Of a stretch of 37,031 nucleotides of DNA, positions 8,184 to 15,632 are shown piece by piece. The first letter of the stretch is position 1; each line of letters opens with the position of its first letter. Both the position numbers and the translations under genes were made by a program. The DNA comes from a virus, in UHGV virus genome UHGV-0204068. One strand, written 5' to 3'. The notes under the pieces were generated by a model. That model was not told where the DNA came from and did no database searches. It was given only the letters and a program-made list of their open reading frames with translations.

Positions 8184-8294
8184 ATGGATGAACAAAAACA
8201 AAGGTTGCATGAAATGATTGATAATATGTCAAACCCTAAATTGGTTAACTACATATACAATCTCATTAAATCTTTTATTGAATTGCGGAGCTAA
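8184..8294 (+). CDS. small ORF (36 aa, MDEQKQRLHEMIDNMSNPKLVNYIYNLIKSFIELRS)
   Basis: RBS AGGGGGA 7 nt upstream. Its stop lies inside the terminator loop. Convergent with the repressor gene. Confidence 0.3.
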   Translation: MDEQKQRLHEMIDNMSNPKLVNYIYNLIKSFIELRS

Positions 8295-8316
8295 CTTGGC
8301 TCCGCTTTATTCTTTT
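8285..8316 (+). terminator. terminator hairpin GCGGAGC-TAACTTG-GCTCCGC followed by TTTATTCTTTT
   Basis: 7-bp perfect stem plus U-run, sitting between convergent genes at the repressor 3' end. Confidence 0.45.
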
Positions 8317-8662
8317 CATGCAGACTAATTACTATCTGCCGTATTGCACTTTTGTCATCAACCGGAAGCGAATTGTACATTTTTATAAATTCCATCAGTT
8401 CTACATTCGCAAGTATGCTGGCGTCAACAGTTGCATCAGAATCAAGTTTTTCATCTAATAAATCTGATTTTCCTATTCTAAAGTAATCCGCAAGCTTTTG
8501 AACCTTACCAAGACCAGGCATAGAATTTCCTTTGCACCACATATTTAAAGTACTTGGGTTCTCGCCAATATCCTTAGCTACTTCATTTTGCTGCTTGTTA
8601 TTTAAGGATAAGTAGTAATTCAAATTTTTAGAGAAAATCCTTTTGGTGTTTTCATCATTCAT
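8291..8662 (-). CDS. CI-like phage repressor (XRE HTH)
   Basis: HTH KNLNYYLSLNNKQQNEVAKDIGENPSTLNMWCKG, transcribed divergently from the cro-like gene. Start placed at MNDENTKR, which has GGAGG 8 nt upstream; the longer upstream extension has no RBS. Confidence 0.75.
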   Translation of the reverse strand: MNDENTKRIFSKNLNYYLSLNNKQQNEVAKDIGENPSTLNMWCKGNSMPGLGKVQKLADYFRIGKSDLLDEKLDSDATVDASILANVELMEFIKMYNSLPVDDKSAIRQIVISLHEKNKAEPS

Positions 8663-8683
8663 TTTATTTTCCTCCATAAACAC

Positions 8684-8712
8684 ATTATAAACCATAATAC
8701 AAAAAAATTCAA
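8684..8712 (-). promoter_or_regulatory. sigma70-like promoter for the repressor (TTGAAT-17 bp-TATAAT on the minus strand)
   Basis: The -10 is the reverse complement of 8684-8689 and the -35 the reverse complement of 8707-8712. The -35 overlaps an ATTCAAT operator half-site. Confidence 0.45.
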
Positions 8713-8742
8713 TATAAAATTCAATTATTTTGAAATTCAGTG

Positions 8743-8771
8743 TTGACAATTCAATTTGATTGAATTATAAT
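8743..8771 (+). promoter_or_regulatory. consensus sigma70 promoter for the cro-like gene (TTGACA-17 bp-TATAAT)
   Basis: Perfect hexamers at 8743-8748 and 8766-8771. The 17-bp spacer is itself the operator ATTCAATttgATTGAAT. Confidence 0.65.
8750..8766. promoter_or_regulatory. operator O1: inverted repeat ATTCAAT-TTG-ATTGAAT
   Basis: Perfect 7-bp arms. Further ATTCAAT half-sites occur at 8707, 8719 and 8278. Confidence 0.55.
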
Positions 8772-8803
8772 TAAGCCATAACAAAGAGAAAGGAGGAATC
8801 GAT

Positions 8804-9007
8804 ATGCCAAAGATATCTCTCGAAGCTGCAAGAGTCAATGCTGGTCTTACGCAGAAAGAGCTTGCCGGAAAGCTAGGAGTTTCAAATACTACTATAGTGA
8901 ATTGGGAAAAAGGAAAGACAGAGCCTACTTATCCTCAGCTTATTAGAATAAGCGAACTTTCAGGAATCCCTTTGGATTTTATTTTTATACCTGATAGATT
9001 CAATTAA
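8804..9007 (+). CDS. Cro-like XRE HTH regulator
   Basis: 67 aa with HTH LTQKELAGKLGVSNTTIVNWEKG. RBS AAAGGAGGAA. First gene of the rightward early operon. Confidence 0.7.
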   Translation: MPKISLEAARVNAGLTQKELAGKLGVSNTTIVNWEKGKTEPTYPQLIRISELSGIPLDFIFIPDRFN

Positions 9008-9014
9008 ATTGAAT
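8998..9014. promoter_or_regulatory. operator O2: inverted repeat ATTCAAT-TAA-ATTGAAT overlapping the cro stop codon
   Basis: Same dyad as O1 with a different 3-nt spacer. Confidence 0.5.
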
Positions 9015-9047
9015 TTTAAATCTAGTTTACAAAAGGAGAAGCAAATA

Positions 9048-9080
9048 GAGTGCTATACCACGTGGATAAAGCACTCCATG
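9048..9080 (-). terminator. hairpin GAGTGCT-(19 nt incl. CCACGTGG)-AGCACTC, terminator for the antisense gene 9101-9334
   Basis: On the minus strand the stem is followed by a U-rich tract (TATTTGCTTCTCCTTTTGT). Confidence 0.4.
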
Positions 9081-9100
9081 AGAGAATAATGAACAGTACG

Positions 9101-9334
9101 CTATGATCGATTTAGAATTTCGCGGAAACGAGACACCTCGCCATTGTCTTTAGATTCATTATCAATAACATCTTTTGTTGTAGCCCCAACTACATAGACG
9201 ATATCCATAGAATCTAAAGTCCCAACTTGGCAAGCGGAAATGAATTTCCATCCTTTTTTAAGAAGAGAATTGACTTTTTCTGCTCCGTTTTCATCGTCAC
9301 GGATTTCGCGGATCTGGATTATTTCATCATACAT
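9101..9334 (-). CDS. small hypothetical protein (77 aa) encoded antisense within the early operon
   Basis: Strong RBS AAGGAGGTG 8 nt upstream of ATG (MYDEIIQIREIRDD...). It has its own downstream hairpin. An upstream extended -10-like TGATACAAT lies at ~9366-9374 on the minus strand. Confidence 0.5.
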   Translation of the reverse strand: MYDEIIQIREIRDDENGAEKVNSLLKKGWKFISACQVGTLDSMDIVYVVGATTKDVIDNESKDNGEVSRFREILNRS

Positions 9335-9389
9335 GCTTTTCACCTCCTTACAGTTTGATAAGGAGATTGTATCACAGAAAGGAGATCAA

Positions 9390-10151
9390 ATGAACAACTT
9401 AAAAGTAATCGAAAACGAACTTGTCCCAGTATACGAGACAAGCACAGGAGAAAAAGTAGTATACGGTTCAGAACTGCATGAGGTTCTGGGAGTAAGAACA
9501 CCTTACAAAGACTGGTCTACACGTAGATTAAACGATATTAATGCCGTAGAAAACGAAGATTTTGAAGCCGCTCAAATTTGCGCACCTTCCGGTCAGACCA
9601 AAAAAGACCATATCATAAAGTTAGACACCGCCAAAGAAATGGCAATGCTCGAACGGAATGAAAAAGGAAAGCAAGTTCGCAGATATTTTATTCAGGTGGA
9701 AAAGAAATACAAGTCAGCATCACTTGCCACACAAGAGCTATCACCCCAGTTACAGGTCATGATTAACTTGGAAATCGAGCAGAAGCGTCAGGCAGAGAAA
9801 CTTGAGCACGTGGAAGAACGGATCGAAAGCATTCGCGAGGTTGTTGCAATCGATACAACATCGTGGAGAGAAGATACCGGACGAATCTTGAGAAAAATCG
9901 GTATGGAGTGTGGAGACAGCAAGTCTTATCAAGATGTAAGAGCGGAATCCTATCAGCTATTAGAAAAACGCATGGGAGTGAATGTGAAGCAGAGACTCAC
10001 AAACAAACGTAGAAGAATGGCAGATGAGGGCGTTTGCAAATCCAGAAGAGACAAATTGAATTATCTGGATGTGATCGCTGATGATAAAAAGCTGATTGAG
10101 GGATATACGGCTATTGTAAAAGAGCTGGCTATTAAGTATGGAGTAGCATAG
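9390..10151 (+). CDS. phage antirepressor-like protein (ORF6N/KilA-type N-terminal domain plus coiled-coil C-terminus)
   Basis: Start at MNNLKVIENELVPV with AAAGGAG 6 nt upstream. The motif SELHEVLGVRTPYKDWSTRRL...TKKDHIIKLDTAKEMAMLERNEKGKQVRRYFIQVEKKY matches the ORF6N antirepressor domain pattern. The ORF-track upstream extension (9240-) lacks an RBS and overlaps the antisense gene. Confidence 0.6.
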   Translation: MNNLKVIENELVPVYETSTGEKVVYGSELHEVLGVRTPYKDWSTRRLNDINAVENEDFEAAQICAPSGQTKKDHIIKLDTAKEMAMLERNEKGKQVRRYFIQVEKKYKSASLATQELSPQLQVMINLEIEQKRQAEKLEHVEERIESIREVVAIDTTSWREDTGRILRKIGMECGDSKSYQDVRAESYQLLEKRMGVNVKQRLTNKRRRMADEGVCKSRRDKLNYLDVIADDKKLIEGYTAIVKELAIKYGVA

Positions 10152-10172
10152 AAGAAAAGGAGGAAAAAGAGA

Positions 10173-10568
10173 ATGTTTAGCACCGTGAAAATCGACAATG
10201 GATTGTTTTTAGACGGAAAGAAACTCAACTGCGTAAGGGCTTACGAGCTAAAAGAGACAGAGGGAGAAGACATAGCGGAGCTCGCGGTAAAAATGGATGT
10301 CCGTATTTGGGGTAAGGACGATAAGCAGTCCAATATCACAGTTGGAAGTATTGAGGCAGATCAACTGACTGGACTTAGATATACGGATTTATTCAGGGTG
10401 ATCGAAAATGGAACGTTATTAAAAGTGATCTATACAGAAGATGAAGTGTTGAAGAAAACCGTTTTCGTAAAAGGCAGTATTGAATCAAGAAACATCAAAT
10501 GGCGCAGAAAAATCGTGAAAACGATGAAAGCAGATCAAAGAGCCCTCGTAGTAGAATTGGAGGACTAA
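10173..10568 (+). CDS. hypothetical protein (131 aa)
   Basis: RBS AAAAGGAGGAAAAAG. No motif recognised. Confidence 0.5.
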   Translation: MFSTVKIDNGLFLDGKKLNCVRAYELKETEGEDIAELAVKMDVRIWGKDDKQSNITVGSIEADQLTGLRYTDLFRVIENGTLLKVIYTEDEVLKKTVFVKGSIESRNIKWRRKIVKTMKADQRALVVELED

Positions 10569-10569
10569 C

Positions 10570-10755
10570 ATGGAAATTGTAATAGCAAGCATTATCTGCT
10601 CAATCATAACATCAATCGTTACAAGTCTTGTGGTTACACGGGAGTCTATGAGTATTATCCAAAAGGCTGTTGAACGTTTGTTTGTTGTCAACATAGACTT
10701 TGTTACCGAGTTGGCAGACTTGATAATTGATAGGTTTGGAACTAAGCGCAAATAG
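10570..10755 (+). CDS. small hydrophobic hypothetical protein (61 aa)
   Basis: GGAGGA 5 nt upstream. N-terminal TM-like segment IVIASIICSIITSIVTSLVV. Confidence 0.4.
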   Translation: MEIVIASIICSIITSIVTSLVVTRESMSIIQKAVERLFVVNIDFVTELADLIIDRFGTKRK

Positions 10756-10757
10756 AA

Positions 10758-10949
10758 TTGAATGGACAACATATCTCGGACAATCCATCCGTCATACATA
10801 TTAGAGAGGTGGTGCAAGTGACTATAAAAAACATCGTAGTAATCAACGGTAAAGAGGTGGAGATCAGAGACCTGCCGGACGCTGAACTGTTTGCAGAAAA
10901 ACTAAACCGGAAAGCTCTGACCGAAAGAAACTATGAGGAAGATAGGTGA
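10758..10949 (+). CDS. small hypothetical protein (start uncertain; TTG at 10758 or GTG at 10818 after GAGAGG)
   Basis: The ORF is open in this frame; the only SD-like sequence (GAGAGGTGGTG) precedes the in-frame GTG at 10818. Confidence 0.3.
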   Translation: MNGQHISDNPSVIHIREVVQVTIKNIVVINGKEVEIRDLPDAELFAEKLNRKALTERNYEEDR

Positions 10950-10954
10950 TGACA

Positions 10955-11068
10955 TGAAGCCTGATATGGAAAAGATTATACAAGTGTTGATATCTCTAAT
11001 CGAAGAACAGGAACATGTGGAAATTGATTACACGCTCGAAAAGAGGACAGAAGAGAAAACCGCTTAGG
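10955..11068 (+). CDS. small ORF (37 aa MKPDMEKIIQVLISLIEEQEHVEIDYTLEKRTEEKTA)
   Basis: GAGGAAG upstream. Below the ORF-track cutoff, so speculative. Confidence 0.25.
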
Positions 11069-11088
11069 CGGTAGAAAGGAGGACAAGC

Positions 11089-11277
11089 ATGGTAATTAAA
11101 GGAACCTACCACTGCCAGACCACCCAACATCCCAATACTTTAAACGGTTGGGATATCCGATCCGTATCGGTAGATCTGCCGGAACCAAAGGACAAGCCGT
11201 ACTGGCACAAGGTCGGAGTATCCGTGATCGGGTTTGGATTGGCGGTGATCGGGTGGTGGTTGGTGTTCGGGTATTAA
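11089..11277 (+). CDS. small membrane protein (C-terminal TM VGVSVIGFGLAVIGWWLVFGY)
   Basis: RBS GAAAGGAGGA. Confidence 0.45.
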   Translation: MVIKGTYHCQTTQHPNTLNGWDIRSVSVDLPEPKDKPYWHKVGVSVIGFGLAVIGWWLVFGY

Positions 11278-11364
11278 AAAAGAGCACCTACAAAAAGGCT
11301 TGGGAGCCGTAGGCGCTCAGGAAAAAATACGATTCTATAGTAACAGATTTTAGGAGGATAAGCA

Positions 11365-11580
11365 ATGGAAAATAACAAAATTTATGTAAGCGAACAGGAA
11401 TATGCACGTCTTTGCAGATTAGATGGGAGGATGGATGCGTTGATTGGATATATCGCGATGGCCGAAAAGGAATATAAAGAAAGAAGAAACACTGAGTTAA
11501 TCACATATAACACAGATGACGATAAGTATTTTTTAGATGCAAATGTTGTGAAAGCAATTATTGGCATGGAGGACGAATGA
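11365..11580 (+). CDS. hypothetical protein (71 aa)
   Basis: RBS TAGGAGGA. Confidence 0.5.
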   Translation: MENNKIYVSEQEYARLCRLDGRMDALIGYIAMAEKEYKERRNTELITYNTDDDKYFLDANVVKAIIGMEDE

Positions 11581-11744
11581 TGTATGTAGGTATCGGACCG
11601 GAGAAAGACACGGTAGTAACGGATGACCAAGCGTTTGATTACGCACTGGAAAGATGCTTGCATGGAACACCGGATGACCAGGAAGAGTTTAAAGAAATGC
11701 TGGTGGAATGGTTTTATTCCGGGAATTGGGTTAAGGAGAGTTGA
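11577..11744 (+). CDS. small hypothetical protein (55 aa, MMYVGIGPEKDTVVTDDQAFDYALERCLHGTPDDQEEFKEMLVEWFYSGNWVKES)
   Basis: Overlaps the upstream stop (ATGA) and sits 3 nt before the next start. Below the ORF-track cutoff. Confidence 0.4.
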   Translation: MMYVGIGPEKDTVVTDDQAFDYALERCLHGTPDDQEEFKEMLVEWFYSGNWVKES

Positions 11745-11746
11745 GA

Positions 11747-12286
11747 ATGACATTTGAATTATTGCAGATTGCAAACAAAGAAATTAACACGATAGATGTA
11801 AAAGGTAAACAATATGCTGAGGTGAACCAAAGAATAAAGGCATTTAGAATGCTATTCCCAAATGGATGTATTACCACAAAAATAGAATCTATGCAAGACG
11901 GTGTATGTGTTATGTCTGCCACTGTTAAAGATGAGTTTGGAACAGTTATTGGCGTTGGACATGCCTACGAAAAAGAAGATTCCAATTACATAAATAAGAC
12001 ATCTTACATCGAAAACTGCGAAACTTCCGCGGTTGGTCGAGCTCTAGGGATGTGTGGAATTGGCATAGATACATCTGTTGCGAGCGCGGAAGAATATCTG
12101 AATGCTCTTGAGCAGCAAAAAGAATTAGAACAAATAACGGATGCTCAAGTGAAAACTTTGGAAACATGTATACCAAAGCATAACCAGACGATAGAGAACG
12201 TCTGCCGCTACTTCAAAGTTCATTCGCTTAAAGAATTAACAATTAAAGATTTTAGAGTGCTTATGAACAAAATGGGAGAAGAATAA
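11747..12286 (+). CDS. ERF-family single-strand annealing protein (putative)
   Basis: Start at the ATG at 11747 with AAGGAGAG 7 nt upstream. Motifs KGKQYAEVNQRIKAFR and ETSAVGRALGMCGIGID resemble the ERF core (…SA-GRAL…GIG-D). Confidence 0.5.
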   Translation: MTFELLQIANKEINTIDVKGKQYAEVNQRIKAFRMLFPNGCITTKIESMQDGVCVMSATVKDEFGTVIGVGHAYEKEDSNYINKTSYIENCETSAVGRALGMCGIGIDTSVASAEEYLNALEQQKELEQITDAQVKTLETCIPKHNQTIENVCRYFKVHSLKELTIKDFRVLMNKMGEE

Positions 12287-12837
12287 TGAGGTTCACAGGA
12301 AGATTGAAAGAGCCTGTCGCAGACTATCACAGTGGAAAGCTGACCATTCTATTTGAGCCTATAGAGGACTTCCGACAAGCCTATGATGAACTGAAAGATT
12401 ATGAGAAATTAACGCTTGAAATAAAGCAGTACAGAGCAAAGAGAAGCCTTGATGCAAACTCTTATTTGTGGGTGTTACTCGATAAATTAGCGGAAAAGCT
12501 GGACATCACCAGATGGCAAGCATACCTAAATGAATTAAAATCCCACGGTGCTTTTGAGTACATACCGCTCCGGGAAAAAGACATCTATCTGGCGCAGTCA
12601 GTGTTCCGGATTGTGATAGATCGTGGAGCACAGGAAGTAAAAGACTTAAAAGGGAGAACGGAAACATTGCACACTTTGCAGTGTTTTAAAGGTTCGAGCA
12701 AGTACAACACCAAAGAAATGAGCAGACTCATCAAAGGCGTGTTGGAAGATTGCAGAGAGGTTGGTATACCAGATGCAGACCTGCTGACACCGGATGAAAA
12801 AGAAGAGCTCAGGCAGAAATGGGGGATTGAACTATGA
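12286..12837 (+). CDS. ninB: NinB/Orf-family recombination mediator
   Basis: The RAKRSLDANSYLWVLL motif parallels lambda NinB RSLDQNRKLWA. Sits beside the SSAP and RusA genes. Confidence 0.55.
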   Translation: MRFTGRLKEPVADYHSGKLTILFEPIEDFRQAYDELKDYEKLTLEIKQYRAKRSLDANSYLWVLLDKLAEKLDITRWQAYLNELKSHGAFEYIPLREKDIYLAQSVFRIVIDRGAQEVKDLKGRTETLHTLQCFKGSSKYNTKEMSRLIKGVLEDCREVGIPDADLLTPDEKEELRQKWGIEL

Positions 12838-13196
12838 GCATTGATTACAGTGACATGGCATTTCCGAAGCCGAAGAAAAAGAAGAAAAGGAAGCGCAAAA
12901 AGCGTGATGAGTATTTTAGTGTTTTTACGGACGATCTCCATCATTGTTATTTTACAGGCAGCAATGTCTGTCACTTACACCATATTTTTTATGGGACAAG
13001 AAAGGATATGTCCGAGCATTACGGCTTTATGATTCCGTTAAGACCGGATTTACACAACATGAAGTCAGATAGCGTACATGGAAACCCGAACGAAGGGTTA
13101 GACAAGAAACTGAAACAGATGGCACAGACTTACTACGAAGAACACATCGGAACCCGAGAGGACTTCCGGTCTGACTTCGAAAAGTCTTGGCTATAA
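12834..13196 (+). CDS. NinG/DUF968-like putative nuclease with poly-Lys/Arg N-terminus
   Basis: Motifs KPKKKKKRKRKKR and HHCYFTGSNVCHLHHIFYG give an His/Cys-rich HNH-like signature. Assignment is weak. Confidence 0.35.
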   Translation: MSIDYSDMAFPKPKKKKKRKRKKRDEYFSVFTDDLHHCYFTGSNVCHLHHIFYGTRKDMSEHYGFMIPLRPDLHNMKSDSVHGNPNEGLDKKLKQMAQTYYEEHIGTREDFRSDFEKSWL

Positions 13197-13296
13197 ATTG
13201 TAACCCGTTCATGGCTGCTGCACAGTACGTCACAAATACCTTTAGTAAGCCAGATTCATTGTCTCCCGGTAATTCCGGGAGCAGAAAGGAGAACAG

Positions 13297-13707
13297 ATGG
13301 TAATTACAATTCCAGGGAAACCCGTTGGAAAAGCAAGACCGAGATTCCGCAGAGCCGGATTTAAGGTTATTACATACACACCACCCGAAAATAAAAAATA
13401 TGAAAAAGAAGTTGCGAGGATTTATAGACAGAGCGCAGGTGTTCTTTACGCAGAGATACCTCTGAGAGTTCGAATTTCAGCGAAATTTCCGATTCCAGAG
13501 AGCTGGTCTAGGAAGAATAAGGAGAAAGCATTGAAAGGCGAAATAAAGCCGAATAAGAAGCCGGACTTAGATAATATCGCAAAAATCATCTTGGACGGAC
13601 TGAACGGAGTCGCATATACGGACGATAAGCAAGTGACCAGTCTGGAAATCGAGAAAGTGTACTCGGATACACCTTGCGTGGTGGTCTATATTGCGGAGGA
13701 TGAGTGA
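13297..13707 (+). CDS. rusA: RusA-family Holliday junction resolvase
   Basis: IPGKPVGKARPRF...YTP, KPDLDNIAKIILDGLNGVAYTDDKQV and the catalytic Asp pattern are characteristic of RusA. Confidence 0.8.
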   Translation: MVITIPGKPVGKARPRFRRAGFKVITYTPPENKKYEKEVARIYRQSAGVLYAEIPLRVRISAKFPIPESWSRKNKEKALKGEIKPNKKPDLDNIAKIILDGLNGVAYTDDKQVTSLEIEKVYSDTPCVVVYIAEDE

Positions 13708-14510
13708 TGGCAGATAACAAGAAATACTACTATCTAAAACTGAAGGAGAACTTTTTCGATTCAGACAGCATGGTTTTATTAGAAAGTATGCAAGATGGCA
13801 TTCTTTACAGCAACATTTTGATGAAAATGTATCTTAAGAGCCTTAAAAACAACGGGAAACTAGTTTTGAACGATGCAATCCCGTATAACACGCAAATGAT
13901 AGCGACTGTAACACGTCACCAGGTTGGAACTGTGGAAAAAGCAATTGAGGTGTTCGAACAACTCGGACTAATAGACATATTAGATGGAGGAACTATTTAC
14001 ATGTCTGATATCGAACTATTTGTCGGGAAATCTTCTACGGAGGGAGACCGGAAAAGAGCAGAGAGGATGAAGTTGAAACATGCTGGAAATTTAGCACTTG
14101 GACAAATGTCCGACATTCATCCACCAGAGATAGAGAAAGAGATAGAGAAAGATATAGAGATAAGAGATAGAGATAATATATATGATTGCGCAGAAGCGCA
14201 AAAACCACAAAAGAAAATGAAGAGAGAAAAACCTATGAAGCATAAATACGGAGAGTATAACAACGTACTTTTGACAGACGATGAACTTTGCAAGCTAAAG
14301 GATAAATTTCCGGACTGGGAGGATAGGATTGAACGATTATCCGGCTACATTGAGTCTAAGGGGGCGAAGTATAAGAGTCATTATGCAACAATCCTAAACT
14401 GGGCGCGAAGGGAAGGTAACGCAGGTAGAACTGTGATAAAGAGCAGCATGCCGAAGAATACAGGGTACGCACCAGAACAGGACATGAATGATCTGGATGA
14501 TCTATTTTAG
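13704..14510 (+). CDS. phage replisome organizer (N-terminal replisome-organizer domain plus DnaD-like C-terminus)
   Basis: KYYYLKLKENFFDSDSMVLLESMQDGILYSNILMKMYLKSL matches the replisome organiser N-terminal pattern. The C-terminal YATILNWARREG is DnaD/DnaB-C-like. It is followed by a helicase loader. Confidence 0.65.
   Translation: MMADNKKYYYLKLKENFFDSDSMVLLESMQDGILYSNILMKMYLKSLKNNGKLVLNDAIPYNTQMIATVTRHQVGTVEKAIEVFEQLGLIDILDGGTIYMSDIELFVGKSSTEGDRKRAERMKLKHAGNLALGQMSDIHPPEIEKEIEKDIEIRDRDNIYDCAEAQKPQKKMKREKPMKHKYGEYNNVLLTDDELCKLKDKFPDWEDRIERLSGYIESKGAKYKSHYATILNWARREGNAGRTVIKSSMPKNTGYAPEQDMNDLDDLF
14131..14180. repeat. four tandem ~12-bp iteron-like repeats (GAGATAGAGAAA x2, GATATAGAGATA, AGAGATAGAGATA) followed by an AT-rich run, inside the replisome organizer gene
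   Basis: Seen directly; the repeats encode EIEKEIEKDIEIRDRD. The layout is analogous to the lambda ori inside O. Confidence 0.45.
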
Positions 14511-14522
14511 AGGTGAAAGAAC

Positions 14523-15353
14523 ATGAGCATAGAAACAGCAATGGATAAAATTACAGACGAGATCAGCGCAAGAGTCCCTGCATCAGAAAATGAATATATG
14601 GGGGAAGATGGCCTCCTACACTGCGGAATCTGCAAGAAGAATGTGCAGACGAAAATAAAGTTTATCGGCAAAGAAAAAACGGTGCGCTGTATATGCGATT
14701 GTAAGCGGAAAGAGTTGGAAGCGTTTGAGGAAAAAGAACGACAGCAAGAGAAAGAACGAAAGAGAAAAAGCTGCTTCGCGGAAACGAATATGGCAGCATG
14801 GACTTTCGAAAACGATGATAGGAAGAATGCGAAGATCTCTGACGCAATGATCCGGTATGCAGAGCAATTTCCTGACTTCAGGAAAATGGGTAAGGGACTC
14901 CTTCTTTACGGAAGTGTTGGAACAGGCAAAACGTATTATGCAGCTTGTATTGCAAATAAACTGATCGATGATGGTTACAGTGTAGTGATGACAAATTTTG
15001 CACGTCTTACGAATACCATACAGGGTAAATTTGACGGAAAGCAAGAGTTCATTGACAGCCTAAACAGGTACAGCTTACTGATTATTGATGACCTTGGAGC
15101 GGAGAGAAAATCAGAGTTTATGCAAGAAATGGTATTTAACATTATTGACAGCCGATACAGGTCGGGTTTGCCTTTTATTATCACGACAAATCTGACAGCA
15201 GAAGAGATTAAAAAGAATCAAGATATCGGATATTCGAGGATTTATGACCGAATTCTGGAAAGATGCTTCCCGGTAGCTGTAACAGGAGACAGTAGAAGAA
15301 GGCAGAGTGTGAAAGACACGTTCTTTGATGTAAAAGAAAAGCTAGGATTGTAG
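14523..15353 (+). CDS. DnaC/IstB-like AAA+ helicase loader
   Basis: Walker A GSVGTGKT and Walker B LLIIDDLG. N-terminal CxxC...CxC zinc ribbon. Confidence 0.85.
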   Translation: MSIETAMDKITDEISARVPASENEYMGEDGLLHCGICKKNVQTKIKFIGKEKTVRCICDCKRKELEAFEEKERQQEKERKRKSCFAETNMAAWTFENDDRKNAKISDAMIRYAEQFPDFRKMGKGLLLYGSVGTGKTYYAACIANKLIDDGYSVVMTNFARLTNTIQGKFDGKQEFIDSLNRYSLLIIDDLGAERKSEFMQEMVFNIIDSRYRSGLPFIITTNLTAEEIKKNQDIGYSRIYDRILERCFPVAVTGDSRRRQSVKDTFFDVKEKLGL

Positions 15354-15361
15354 GTGATGAA

Positions 15362-15577
15362 ATGGGAATGCCAATAGGGAAAAGAAGAAAAAAGTGCAAA
15401 ACTTGCGTATACAGAATGAGCAAGTATGAACAGGGCTTTATGCACGGGAATTGCAATTATATTTGCATAACAGGCAAAATTCGCGGATGCGATGTGGAAA
15501 ATTGCGATAAATACATAAACGGAAAAAGAAAAGAGGAAAAAGATTGGTGCACAGAAAATCAAAACATGGAAACATGA
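15362..15577 (+). CDS. small Cys-rich protein (71 aa; CKTC...C...C...C...C)
   Basis: ORF with Cys pairs; function unknown. Confidence 0.4.
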   Translation: MGMPIGKRRKKCKTCVYRMSKYEQGFMHGNCNYICITGKIRGCDVENCDKYINGKRKEEKDWCTENQNMET

Positions 15578-15632
15578 ATAAATTCATGTACGGCAGCACA
15601 AAGAGTAAGAGAAAGAAGAGGGTGAGAGGGAA

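Noticed and set aside
9240-9389. Upstream extension of the antirepressor ORF (track start 9240)
   Set aside because: No RBS at 9240, and it overlaps the well-supported antisense gene. The in-frame ATG at 9390 has a canonical AAAGGAG RBS.
10485-10817. Minus-strand ORF 10485-10817 (110 aa) spanning three small plus-strand genes
   Set aside because: No RBS, hydrophobic low-complexity translation, and it overlaps plus-strand ORFs that have proper RBS spacing.
12866-12905. A/G-rich homopolymeric tract (poly-Lys codons) as a second slippage site
   Set aside because: Mixed AAG/AAA/AGG codons with no pure homopolymer longer than 5, and a single frame remains open, unlike the G10 tract at 20569.
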